A stretch of 64,000 bases of DNA. It comes from an uncultured cyanobacterium. GTDB lineage: Bacteria; Cyanobacteriota; Cyanobacteriia; Cyanobacteriales; Nostocaceae. The notes beneath the pieces are model-generated. The model saw nothing but the letters and a program-made list of their open reading frames with translations. It ran no database searches and was not told the DNA's origin. Shown piece by piece: positions 1-9,438 of the stretch; positions within the stretch are counted from its first letter, which is position 1, and each line of letters begins with the position of its first letter. The position numbers were made by a program, and so were the translations under genes. The stretch spans positions 4,928,001 through 4,992,000 of the forward strand of contig OY970166.1 of assembly GCA_963706595.1 (NCBI GenBank). The letters run 5' to 3'.

Positions 1-1062
1 CAGTGGAATGAGAAATATTTAGGAATTAAATCTAGAGAGAAGCAAGAAATAAAAACCATTGGTGAATTATTAGATACATTTGACGAAAAATATTATCAAA
101 CCCGTCAGAGAACTATAACCAGTCAAAATACTTTTGCTAACTATATATCTGTAATTAAAAGAAACTTGCCTCTCACCCATTTAGCCACAAAAGATAATTT
201 TGAGGAAATTATTAATTCATTTCAGGGGAATAAAAAAAATGAACTAATTGCGGTAACTTCTGTTTTGATTAAAACCTTTAATTTAGGATTTAAACTTGAT
301 GTCACACGGGATAATGTCACCCCAGCCCATAGAGAAATTCCTGAAGATGATCAGATAATATCTGCTTTTGACCTATTTGAAAAATTCGCCCTCAACCGCA
401 AAAATACCAATATTAGTGATGAAATTGACACTTGGGAAATGTGGCGTTGGGTATATGGAATGTTGGCGACTTTTGGGTTAAGACCAAGGGAACTATTTGT
501 ACAACCAGATATTAATTGGTGGATGTCTCCCCAAAATATAGACCATACTTGGAAAGTGAATAAAAATACAAAAACTGGATATCGAGAAGTTATCCCCTTT
601 GTACCTGAATGGATAGAATTATTTGATTTACAAAATCCCAAACCATTAAAGATTTTAGAGAAAAAGGTTACAAAAATCGCATCTGTGCAAAATATTAATT
701 GGATGCGGAGAGATATATCCAGATGGTTTCGGAAAGTGGGTATTGAGTTTCAACCCTACGATTTACGGCATGGTTGCGCGATTAGATCGCATCTTCAGGG
801 AATACCTATTAAGGCCGCAGCAGACAATTTGGGTCATACTGTTGATGAACATACAAAAACCTATCAAAGATGGTTTGGGATTGAAAACCGGAAAAAAGCC
901 TTTGGTGAGGTAATTAGTCAAAAGTCTTTAATTGAGTTGCAGAAGAGTGAAATATTGGCGCTACGGACGGAGAATGAAAGGTTAAAGTTGGAAGTTGAAA
1001 AATTGAAATTTTTGGGTAACAAGAATTTAGAGGAGTGGGAACAGGTTTATCATCACGGGTAA
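1..1062 (+). CDS. xisC: XisC-type tyrosine site-specific recombinase of the hupL excision element (5' end outside window)
   Basis: Frame open from base 1 (QWNEKYLGIK...). Tyrosine-recombinase motifs ATFGLRPRE, YDLRHGCAIR, LGHT...HTKTY. Lies opposite in orientation to, and inside, the interrupted hupL. Confidence 0.88.
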   Translation, partial: QWNEKYLGIKSREKQEIKTIGELLDTFDEKYYQTRQRTITSQNTFANYISVIKRNLPLTHLATKDNFEEIINSFQGNKKNELIAVTSVLIKTFNLGFKLDVTRDNVTPAHREIPEDDQIISAFDLFEKFALNRKNTNISDEIDTWEMWRWVYGMLATFGLRPRELFVQPDINWWMSPQNIDHTWKVNKNTKTGYREVIPFVPEWIELFDLQNPKPLKILEKKVTKIASVQNINWMRRDISRWFRKVGIEFQPYDLRHGCAIRSHLQGIPIKAAADNLGHTVDEHTKTYQRWFGIENRKKAFGEVISQKSLIELQKSEILALRTENERLKLEVEKLKFLGNKNLEEWEQVYHHG

Positions 1063-1066
1063 GAAC

Positions 1067-1130
1067 ATCTAGAAAATTCTGTATAATGTCCTAATTTGGA
1101 TGTTATTATACGGGAAATTTCTGGATATCA
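1067..1130. promoter_or_regulatory. ~60-bp imperfect inverted repeat containing TATAAT; related copy at 8217-8279
   Basis: ATCTAGAAAATTCTGTATAAT...ATTATACGGGAAATTTCTGGAT. Confidence 0.5.
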
Positions 1131-1255
1131 ATGATAAATCTAACGAAAAGCTTCTACTTATGTACAAAAAATGAGGTACACTTTATTTTGAGACATAAAG
1201 TAGCAATCAAAAACCAATATTAGAATGTAACTCATAATAAAGGAATCTGCTGTAT

Positions 1256-2290
1256 ATGACATTGAAGAACAGATTTGTTAAAGTTCTAGAGCAAACAAAG
1301 GGTGAACGGGAAATACACAATTTCTTGAAGAAAGAACCTTTACTTGTTTGGGCAACTTTTATGAATTGTGGGGGACATTCTGATTATGTCATTTCTGAGT
1401 TCTCTTTAAGTGGAAAATATCGTGCTGACTTTGTTGTAATGCAATCGTTTTCTGGAGGCTGGAATGTTGCATTTATAGAGTTAGAGCCAGTTGATTTAAA
1501 ACCTTTCAAAAATGATGGAAGTCCATCTGACAGATTAGATGGTGCTATAAAGCAGATTAATAACTGGCGCAATTTTGAGGAAGATGAGGGACCATCTTTG
1601 CGTTCACACTTAGCCGATATAGCTAAAAAGCATGATATGTTGTATCCTGAACACAATCTGGCGCGAGAACCGTGGTGTGTCAAGATGCCACTACGCGATC
1701 CTAGAACCTATTTGTGCTGCGAATATTTTATCGTTATGGGGAGACGTAGCCACTTTGATGAAGAGCTTATCCATGTAAAATCAAAATTTGTTCGACATCA
1801 CAATGCTAAAATACTAACCTATGACCGTTTCATAGACGTTGCTGAGAAGTTAAACCAACGAAATGAATACTACAAAAGCAGAAAGATAGAAAAAGAAGAC
1901 AAAGATTTTCTAGAGCAGTTTGCTGAAAATCCAGAACAATTTAGTATTTTTGATAATAGAAATATTGATAAGTATCCAAGTGAGATAAATGTTCATGGAA
2001 CTTGCTACAAGGTACAGCTTATCGAGGAAAGAGATGGTTGTGTAGTCAATATTCTCGGTACTTCCTATGAAATTTTTGAAGATCGGCGTACATTTAGTCT
2101 CAACCGAATCGAGCCTGATGGTTTAGGGTTAACCGTAGCGGTCAGTATAGAGTCTTTGGCTGCCGCAATACAACTTGCTGAAATTTATGAGCGACTCATC
2201 TACTTTCACATAGATACCAAGCACTCGCTTGACTTTGTAGATGAATGTTTACAGCCTTTAAGAGAAAATCCACCGTATAAAATCGAGTAG
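1256..2290 (+). CDS. DUF4263/Shedu(SduA)-like PD-(D/E)xK nuclease with a C-terminal extension
   Basis: Motifs EFSLSGKYRADF, FIELEP, AIKQINNWR, IVMGRR, ILTYDRFI. Confidence 0.65.
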   Translation: MTLKNRFVKVLEQTKGEREIHNFLKKEPLLVWATFMNCGGHSDYVISEFSLSGKYRADFVVMQSFSGGWNVAFIELEPVDLKPFKNDGSPSDRLDGAIKQINNWRNFEEDEGPSLRSHLADIAKKHDMLYPEHNLAREPWCVKMPLRDPRTYLCCEYFIVMGRRSHFDEELIHVKSKFVRHHNAKILTYDRFIDVAEKLNQRNEYYKSRKIEKEDKDFLEQFAENPEQFSIFDNRNIDKYPSEINVHGTCYKVQLIEERDGCVVNILGTSYEIFEDRRTFSLNRIEPDGLGLTVAVSIESLAAAIQLAEIYERLIYFHIDTKHSLDFVDECLQPLRENPPYKIE

Positions 2291-2537
2291 GCGATCGCTA
2301 ATCTTGTAGTGGCGTGACAAGCTTAAAATGTTGCAAAAAAATTGTAGGTTGGGTTGACGTAAGGAAACCCAACATCATTGGTCGCGTTGGGTTGCTTAAG
2401 TCTGGTTGTGGGTGGTAGTTCAGAATTCTAGGTTAGGACATTAAAGCTTGAAGACGTTAGTTCATAATTCAGCGTGGGAACAATGATTCTATACATACTG
2501 AATTACGGCTTACTCAAAAGACAGCGAGGTTATCGGC

Positions 2538-3459
2538 ATGGTTGGCTTTACAGACAAATTCAAATCTCTTGTAAATCAGGCACAGCAAAAGATCACAGAG
2601 GTCCAGAGCAATGAACAGTTAAAAGATTTAGTTGGTCAGGTACAAAAGAAGGTTTCGGAGTACTCAGATATTGCTCAGACGAAGCTAGAAGAGTACAAAG
2701 CAAACTTAGAAAAGCAAAGATTTGAAACTGCTGCTGCTCACGCATCTACTCACAAGTACCAGAAAGCGATTAATACTCTAAAGGCGATTCCTGCTTCATC
2801 CGAATTGTACGAGGAGGCGCAACAGAAAATTGTAGAGTATGTCAACGCTTCGGCTGAATATGTGATTCAGCAAGCAACTCAAATGATCGAGCAAGGTCTT
2901 TACAATGAAGCAATTGCCTCTCTAAAAACAATTCCTGAAGAAGCCGTCTCATATATAGCAGTTCAGGAAAAGATTTCTGAATATGTAAATGCGTTTGAGT
3001 CGCTAATCAAAAAGCACAAGAATCTTATTCCCATACTTTACAGTGGGAGGATTATTGCAGCAGCTTTTGTGGATCAAACCATCCATTCAGTCGGCAAGAT
3101 TGAGCGATCATGCCTCATTTATAACTCGCTTGGAAGTACATACGCCGATGGAGAATTCCTCATTATTCGACTCATCCTTCGGAATGATGGTAAGAAAGCT
3201 CGCACGATTTCGGCTTCAATGATGAACATAGTTGACTCCCAAGAACGTGAGTACAGTGTTTCTAGCAAGGGGACGACAGACTCTTCAAATGAAAGGAGAT
3301 CAAACCGTTGAGTTTTTGGCTAGTGAGATTCAGCCAGGGTTACAAAAAACGATTACTATCGTATTTGATGTGCCTGTGGGAGCAAACAGTTTGAGCTTGA
3401 AAGTACCTAGCAATGGTTGGGGAGGTTCAGCAATTTTGCCTTTGTCGTTAGCTGTTTGA
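2538..3459 (+). pseudogene. Helical-repeat plus DUF4352-like protein, split by one extra base near 3270-3280 (pseudogene or sequencing error)
   Basis: ORF 2538-3311 (ADGEFLIIRLILRNDGK...VDSQEREY) continues in another frame as LQMKGDQ...EIQPGLQKTITIVFDVP; span 922 nt = 3n+1. Confidence 0.65.
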
Positions 3460-3626
3460 AATTCACATGGATGCTACATTAAAACGAGACAAGTCGCAAC
3501 CTAACAAGTGCGATCGCTAATCTTGTAGGGGGCATTACATTTCATTAATGTACCTTTTTGATGCTTATTATTTATGCAACACGCTTTTTTGCTAAACTAT
3601 AATCAGGGAAACAGCAAGATGAGATT

Positions 3627-3866
3627 ATGAACTTAGATACAATTCAACAAGATATTGCGTCTCTTCCTCCCGATGCACAACTAATCATAGTGGAACTCGT
3701 AGAAGTCCTGAAAAAACGCTACCTTTTGAATCAACACGAATCTTCAGAAAATTCCTCGCAAGACTGGTCAGACTTTATCGGTTGCATAGAAGCTGAAACA
3801 GACCTCTCAAAAAACCATAAAAACTACTTAGACCGTGAACTTAACCAAAAATATGATCATAGTTGA
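3627..3866 (+). CDS. Putative antitoxin (VapB-like partner)
   Basis: 79 aa, overlaps the downstream PIN gene, C-terminal FIGCIEAETDLSKNHK. Confidence 0.7.
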   Translation: MNLDTIQQDIASLPPDAQLIIVELVEVLKKRYLLNQHESSENSSQDWSDFIGCIEAETDLSKNHKNYLDRELNQKYDHS

Positions 3867-4278
3867 TACAGGCTTTTGGTTAGCTCTTGCTAATAAAAAA
3901 GATGCAGTTCATATATCCGCCAAAAAACGATTTCAAGATTTAGCTAATCAGCAATTTATTACAACCTGGTGCGTCGTCACGGAAACCTGCTATCTATTAC
4001 AAAAAAGAGTAGGAGTAGATGCTCCAAAAATCTTTATTCATAAAATTTCTACAGGAAAGCTACAAATCTTTGATCTCAAACAACATCATTGCCAGCGTAT
4101 TGAAGAACTGATGGAAAAATATAAAGACTTACCGATGGATTTAGCCGATTCCTCTCTCGTTATCCTGGCAGAAGAATTAGGCCATGGCCAAATTTTATCG
4201 GTTGATTATCGAGACTTCAACACCTATCGCTGGAAAAATACAGAACCGTTCGATAACCTCTTTCAGGAATTTTTATGA
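3853..4278 (+). CDS. PIN-domain VapC-family toxin
   Basis: MIIVDTGFWLAL...VVTET...MDLADSSLV...ILSVD..DF acidic PIN motifs; ATG at 3853 preferred. Confidence 0.85.
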   Translation: MIIVDTGFWLALANKKDAVHISAKKRFQDLANQQFITTWCVVTETCYLLQKRVGVDAPKIFIHKISTGKLQIFDLKQHHCQRIEELMEKYKDLPMDLADSSLVILAEELGHGQILSVDYRDFNTYRWKNTEPFDNLFQEFL

Positions 4279-4371
4279 CGTAGTGCGATCTCTATTCCTT
4301 CGGAACGCTACGCACTTGAAAAAATAATTGCGACAGAAACAACCAAGCACACTAAGATTCAGTGTTATTCT

Positions 4372-4740
4372 TCAGGCAGCTTTTTGAGAATTTTCAGAGG
4401 ATGGTTCAGCCAGCATCGGTTCAATATCCTGGCTTTTGTCTCTTTGGATAAATTCATCTAGTAATTGAAAAAAGTAATCAAATGCAGCTTTTTCATCAAT
4501 ACAGGTGAGTAAAATAATTTTATCCCAAGCGTTAACAGTATGGATAGATAAGCGGTTTTGTAGCCAAGGTTGAAAGTTTTTATAAAAATCACTTTCAGTT
4601 TCAGTATTAGTAATACCTAATTCAGAGCGAGAAAAGCGATATCCCAAAATAAACATCCGTAAATTACTAATAGATGCTGTTCCCAAATATAAGCCTGGTT
4701 TAGTTTTAATTTTTTCCAGTAAATTAAATAATGCACTCAT
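4372..4740 (-). CDS. Hypothetical protein, possible immunity partner of the upstream toxin-like gene
   Basis: 122 aa, 24 bp downstream of 4765-5148 on the same strand. Confidence 0.6.
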   Translation of the reverse strand: MSALFNLLEKIKTKPGLYLGTASISNLRMFILGYRFSRSELGITNTETESDFYKNFQPWLQNRLSIHTVNAWDKIILLTCIDEKAAFDYFFQLLDEFIQRDKSQDIEPMLAEPSSENSQKAA

Positions 4741-4764
4741 TCAGTTTAACTCCATTAAACATTT

Positions 4765-5148
4765 TCAAAATTCTTCTATTACTTCTATTTTAAACTCATT
4801 AGATAGAGAAGTAAAATCTTGAATCCAGTCATCTGGGTATAGTCCTTGTGGGGAAAGATTGTCGAAAATTTTGCCAAAAACTTCAACACCGTAATGAACG
4901 CCATTTTCCGTAATAGTTTCAAAGCAACCTTGTTTTTCCAGGCGATTACTCAAAATAAAGTCTTCATTGTCGTATATGGTCGAAAGTCGCCAAAGTTTAC
5001 CAGGAATTTTACGTTGTTGTAGCCACTGTTTGAGTGTCTTGGCACATTTTTGGCAATGAAGTAATGGAAATCGAATGACAAGATTACCAATTGCTTGATG
5101 AATTTCAGCAATGGCTAAATCATCCGGTAAATTATTCAGAAACAGCAC
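4765..5148 (-). CDS. Papain-fold toxin (Tox-PL-2-like) domain protein
   Basis: CQKCA...ENGVHYGVEV.G.IFDNL, a candidate Cys-His-Asp triad. Confidence 0.6.
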   Translation of the reverse strand: MLFLNNLPDDLAIAEIHQAIGNLVIRFPLLHCQKCAKTLKQWLQQRKIPGKLWRLSTIYDNEDFILSNRLEKQGCFETITENGVHYGVEVFGKIFDNLSPQGLYPDDWIQDFTSLSNEFKIEVIEEF

Positions 5149-5194
5149 CTCCTAAAAAATGTTGATCTTATTTTAGTCTTGGATAAACTATTCA

Positions 5195-5303
5195 TAAGTA
5201 GTCGTGCAAAATAAATTTTATATTTGGGAGAGGGAACAGATAAGGAATACAGAGATTTTTGTTTCTTCCGAAAATGTTAAATTAATTTTGCTCAGGTTGA
5301 CTT
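5195..5303. repeat. Degenerate TAAGTAG-type MITE-like element
   Basis: TAAGTAGTCGTGCAAAATAAATTT...AAATTAATTTTGCTCAGGTTGACTT imperfect terminal inverted repeats. Confidence 0.45.
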
Positions 5304-5338
5304 GTCAGTTCGCTCAATATCCATTTTCTTGTGCTTCC

Positions 5339-5788
5339 TTAATTGCGATCGCTAGTATTGCGAGCAGTAAATTTCAAACATAATACTTGCTGCCCAGTAG
5401 GCTCGTGCAATTTCTCTTCTAGATGCTCAAAACCGTACCGAGAGTAAAATTTCCGACCAATTGAGTTTTCTTTAAATACCTCAACCACTAGGTCGCCGTG
5501 TAATTCTTGTGCTTTATCCATTAGGGCTTTTCCCACACCCTTGCCGTGGTAATCTGGCTGTAGGAATATGGCTCCCACCTCGTTGCCCATTAGTGCAATA
5601 AAGCCCTCAACATTACCGTCGATATCTGCAACCCATGTATCTGTATTAGGTATGTATATTTCAGCTACGTTTATTCGCTCTTGAGCTATAAATTCGTCAG
5701 TCATAAACGGATGTGCTAATCGAGTTGCTATTTCCCAAGAGGAGAGAACAGCATCTAAGTCAGAATTTTCATATTGTCGGATCTTCAC
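5339..5788 (-). CDS. GNAT family N-acetyltransferase (YjaB-like)
   Basis: GFIALMGNEVGAIFLQPDYHGKGVGKALM, N..GRKFYSRYGF. Confidence 0.85.
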   Translation of the reverse strand: MKIRQYENSDLDAVLSSWEIATRLAHPFMTDEFIAQERINVAEIYIPNTDTWVADIDGNVEGFIALMGNEVGAIFLQPDYHGKGVGKALMDKAQELHGDLVVEVFKENSIGRKFYSRYGFEHLEEKLHEPTGQQVLCLKFTARNTSDRN

Positions 5789-5964
5789 GAATCTATTTCC
5801 TTGTAAAACTTTTGACGATTTTTAGTTATGATGATTCATCATTATATCTATCTTAGGAGAATATAGCGAAGCGCTGCTGCAAGCAGATCGCCGATTTTGT
5901 AGGGTGCGTTAATGGAATGTAACGCACCTTATTACGTTTTCATCAAACAGTAATTTCATGCTGA

Positions 5965-6186
5965 TCAGGTCGAAATCATCAGCCGACATTCACGGTCAGC
6001 CGCATAAGCAATACAAGCTTTTAAATCTTCTCGCGTCAGGTAGGGAAAATCATCAAGAATTTCCGCTTCACTCATCTCGGAAGCTAGGTATTCAAGCACC
6101 TCATAAACTGTAATTCGCAAGCCACGTACACAAGGCTTACCACCGCGTTTATTCGCTTCGATGGTGATATAGTTTCTGTAATCCAT
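5965..6186 (-). CDS. DUF433 family protein
   Basis: KRGGKPCVRGLRITV...EILDDFPYLTREDLKACIAYA; start at MDYRNY preferred. Confidence 0.85.
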   Translation of the reverse strand: MDYRNYITIEANKRGGKPCVRGLRITVYEVLEYLASEMSEAEILDDFPYLTREDLKACIAYAADRECRLMIST

Positions 6187-6482
6187 AATGTGGCTATGCA
6201 TTCTTGCCAACTTCTTTGATTTTACCATGTATTTCTGCTAAAAACTCAATAAATCAATACTTCTATACTCAGGGATAAATGTAACTATTTTAATCATTTT
6301 ATCGTTATTTGCGTATTTATATTGAGAAAAAAGCGGGTTTATATTCCAATAGTAAGAAAATAATTATACTTAACCACTTGCGTTGGACTTCCCCTAATTG
6401 CGATCAGCGTTCGCGGAGCGTGTCCCCTTGGGATTCAGCTTTACACCAAAGGCGATCGCCTATTTATTTCCAGTCCAAACAC

Positions 6483-8033
6483 TCACGCCCGAATCACAGT
6501 AATCCGACGTTGATTTTCCGTCACCACAACCTGAGTTGATAAACGTTCTTCCATTGGTAGGGCATTTTTACGCCTATCAAATACAAATAACCAACCAAAA
6601 TCTAACCCCAAACGGGCTAAATAGGATTCTAACTGCTCAATACCCTCAGCTTGGGGGTCACGCTTTTTCTCCCGCCATACCTTTAACTCAATACCTAACG
6701 TTACACCTTTGTAACGCAGACATAAATCCATTCTGTCACTACCAATTGCATACTCCCTTTCCAAGATTCCACCACCATTGACAACACGATGCAAGAAAGC
6801 CATTAATACTATGTGGGGAGCAATTTCATGGTAGGCAGCGCTACTTAATAACGGTTCTCCGTGCTGTCGCCAAAATTTGATAAATGCTTCCAACAAAGCA
6901 TCTATATTTAATTCACCTCTTGGGGTCAACCAACTAGGACTAATATGAGGTAAACTATCCTGAGTTCCTTGCACTAAAACGCGGGGAATGACTTCACGAT
7001 AAATGGGGTTAGAAATAACCAATCCCCCCGCAGGATCACGTCGCAATAATCCTAAATCAATTAAATATTGGCGATCATCCGCTAGGGTATCGGGTAATGT
7101 TTGTCCTGCTAAAATCGGTTCAATAATATTTTTAACTCGTTTTTCTCTAAGTTTTTCAGCTAGACTATCCAAATGAGTATCTTGACGAGCAATTAATATT
7201 TCCTTAGCCTGTAGAATATGTTCTTTGGTAATAGCAATACTTCTATCCTTAACCATTTTTTCCACAACTTCTTTAGCAAGAGCATTCACTAACCAAGGTT
7301 GTCCTTGGGTTAAATCAAAAGCTGTTGCTGTGGCTTCAGGAGTGAAAATTTGTCCGGTTTCTTCTGTATGTTGGTGATATAGTTCTACAACTTCCTCAGC
7401 ATTAAAATTTCTCAGAGTAATGGAAGTAACTTTAATATTAAAAGGACTAGATGTATTTAATCTGTCACTACCACCCGATGCCACCTTATAATCCCGCACA
7501 TCCCGTAAACCAATTAATCCCACCGATGAAGGAAAATTTTCTGGACGACTGCGATAGCCATCTCGTAACTGTCTTAAAACTGAAATTAGTGTTTGGTCTT
7601 GTAGCGAATCAATTTCATCTATAAATAATAGTAACGGACGATTTATAGCTCGTGACCAAGCTCTTAAATTTTCGCCAATTCTCTGCCCAGGAACATTATA
7701 AACCCAAGTTGAGGGTTGTAGTTCTGGGGGTAAGCTATCCTCAATTGTATTCCGCCAAGTTCCCAAAATCGCTAATTCTGCTGCACCTGGGTCATGATTA
7801 AAAGCACTTCCCACCTCTACTGATACCATTACTGCTGCATAACGTCCTGTAGCGGTAAGTTGCTGTGCTAGGGCTAACATTGCTGTGGTTTTCCCTGTTT
7901 GTCGCGGTGCATGAAGGACAAAATAACTTTCTTGTTCAATCAGCATTGATAAGTCAGGGAGACGACTTGTTGCTGGGAGTGTATAGTGTTTTTCAGGTTT
8001 ACATGGACCTGCAATATTGAACCAGCGAGACAT
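6483..8033 (-). CDS. AAA-type ATPase with C-terminal PD-(D/E)xK-like nuclease domain, copy 1
   Basis: Walker A HAPRQTGKTT, Walker B LLFIDEID; C-terminal EREY...RMDL...IELK...EQLESYL. Confidence 0.75.
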   Translation of the reverse strand: MSRWFNIAGPCKPEKHYTLPATSRLPDLSMLIEQESYFVLHAPRQTGKTTAMLALAQQLTATGRYAAVMVSVEVGSAFNHDPGAAELAILGTWRNTIEDSLPPELQPSTWVYNVPGQRIGENLRAWSRAINRPLLLFIDEIDSLQDQTLISVLRQLRDGYRSRPENFPSSVGLIGLRDVRDYKVASGGSDRLNTSSPFNIKVTSITLRNFNAEEVVELYHQHTEETGQIFTPEATATAFDLTQGQPWLVNALAKEVVEKMVKDRSIAITKEHILQAKEILIARQDTHLDSLAEKLREKRVKNIIEPILAGQTLPDTLADDRQYLIDLGLLRRDPAGGLVISNPIYREVIPRVLVQGTQDSLPHISPSWLTPRGELNIDALLEAFIKFWRQHGEPLLSSAAYHEIAPHIVLMAFLHRVVNGGGILEREYAIGSDRMDLCLRYKGVTLGIELKVWREKKRDPQAEGIEQLESYLARLGLDFGWLFVFDRRKNALPMEERLSTQVVVTENQRRITVIRA

Positions 8034-8216
8034 GGCATTTTAGCAGTTAGCGAACTATTTCAGTTTAGACGATTTTAGGGTTGGGGATGGCAAAAAGGGC
8101 TAAGTGGGGATTTTTGTTTGTTTAAACATCGGGTAGATATACCGAATCATTCCGTTTATTACCCGGAAAAGGATAATAGCCAGAAAATTTATTGCTATCC
8201 AGCCAGATTTAGGTAG

Positions 8217-8279
8217 TTATCTGGAAATTTTCTGTATAATAGGTGGATATTGACGATATACGGAAAAGTTCTTGATATC
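8217..8279. promoter_or_regulatory. Imperfect inverted repeat containing TATAAT, homologous to 1067-1130
   Basis: TATCTGGAAATTTTCTGTATAAT...ATATACGGAAAAGTTCTTGATA. Confidence 0.5.
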
Positions 8280-8319
8280 TTGATGTACAGCCGTACAAGT
8301 TATACATATAAGCAAAGAG

Positions 8320-9411
8320 ATGGAAAACATTATATTAAGTTTGCTAGATAATGGCATAGATTATATTCTTGAGGCAGTACGTCCATTATTTATTAATCGT
8401 CTTGAATCTGAACACTTTCTTAAATATTCCATATTACATCTCTACTCAGGAATTGAATTATTACTAAAAGAAAAACTTAGACAAGAACATTGGAGCTTAA
8501 TCTTTCAAGATGTTAGTAGTGCAGATCCCAGGAAGCTTCAAAGTGGTGATTTTGTAAGTATCTATCATGATGAGTTGGTGAAAAGGCTTAAGGGTATTCT
8601 AAATATTGATATTAACGACAAACCATTTAAAATGCTTCGAGCCTTAAGAAATAGATTTGAGCATTTTGAGGTAAAAGTATCTATTAGTGAATGTAAAGAA
8701 ATTATTGCTTCTGCATTAGATGAAATTATAAGCTTCTGGGATAAACACCTAATTGAAAATAGTACGGTTGAACAACAAAAAAAATTTGGGCAGATAAAAT
8801 CAATTGCAACTAGTTATGAAGAATATAAACGACAAAGGCTAAAAAAATTCGAGCCAGTAATTAATGGGATTACTGAAAGTGAGAATGGAATTCTTGTTGT
8901 ATGTCCGAGTTGTCTGTCACTTGGTTTCGTAGTCTTTAAGGATGCTCATAAAGATTGTAAGTGTTTTGTCTGTGATGAAAAAATTGCCAAAATTGATTAT
9001 TTTAATAATACAAGAAAACAAGAGAATGATAAGGAAGAATTTTCATTTTTACCATTTGAACCATACGATACAAAATGCTCATCTTGTGGTTCAGAAACAA
9101 GAATAAGAGATAAAATTTCAGATGATGAAACTGTGTATTATTGCTTGAACTGTCTTGATACACAAGTCATCTCAAAACAAGAGCAAAGAAATAAAGAGCT
9201 TAATGAATGGGTTGAGAGGTTGTATGCTGAACATACAAAAGACGAAGCTAGGTCGATATTGGAAAATAAGATATTTGAATTGGAAGAAAGTCTAATAGAA
9301 TCAGGTTCTATTAGTAGAGAAGAAGTGGAAAGGGAAAGACAAGTCAGAAAAGAATCATATCGTATTGCTCTTTTGGAAGAGTTAGAAAAAAGAAGAGGTT
9401 TTGAAGTGTGA
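8320..9411 (+). CDS. Putative HEPN-domain protein with C-terminal Zn-ribbon motifs
   Basis: LHLYSGIELLLKEKL and R-N-x-x-x-H (RNRFEH); CxxC pairs CPSC, CFVC, CSSC, CLNC. Confidence 0.6.
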   Translation: MENIILSLLDNGIDYILEAVRPLFINRLESEHFLKYSILHLYSGIELLLKEKLRQEHWSLIFQDVSSADPRKLQSGDFVSIYHDELVKRLKGILNIDINDKPFKMLRALRNRFEHFEVKVSISECKEIIASALDEIISFWDKHLIENSTVEQQKKFGQIKSIATSYEEYKRQRLKKFEPVINGITESENGILVVCPSCLSLGFVVFKDAHKDCKCFVCDEKIAKIDYFNNTRKQENDKEEFSFLPFEPYDTKCSSCGSETRIRDKISDDETVYYCLNCLDTQVISKQEQRNKELNEWVERLYAEHTKDEARSILENKIFELEESLIESGSISREEVERERQVRKESYRIALLEELEKRRGFEV

Positions 9412-9438
9412 TTGCCAACCTACTCCTTATCAAAATAC

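Noticed and set aside
3496..3517. Integron attC-like start (CCTAACAAG) after the DUF4352 gene
   Set aside because: No complementary GTTAG end or attC fold found; the recombinase is XisC-type
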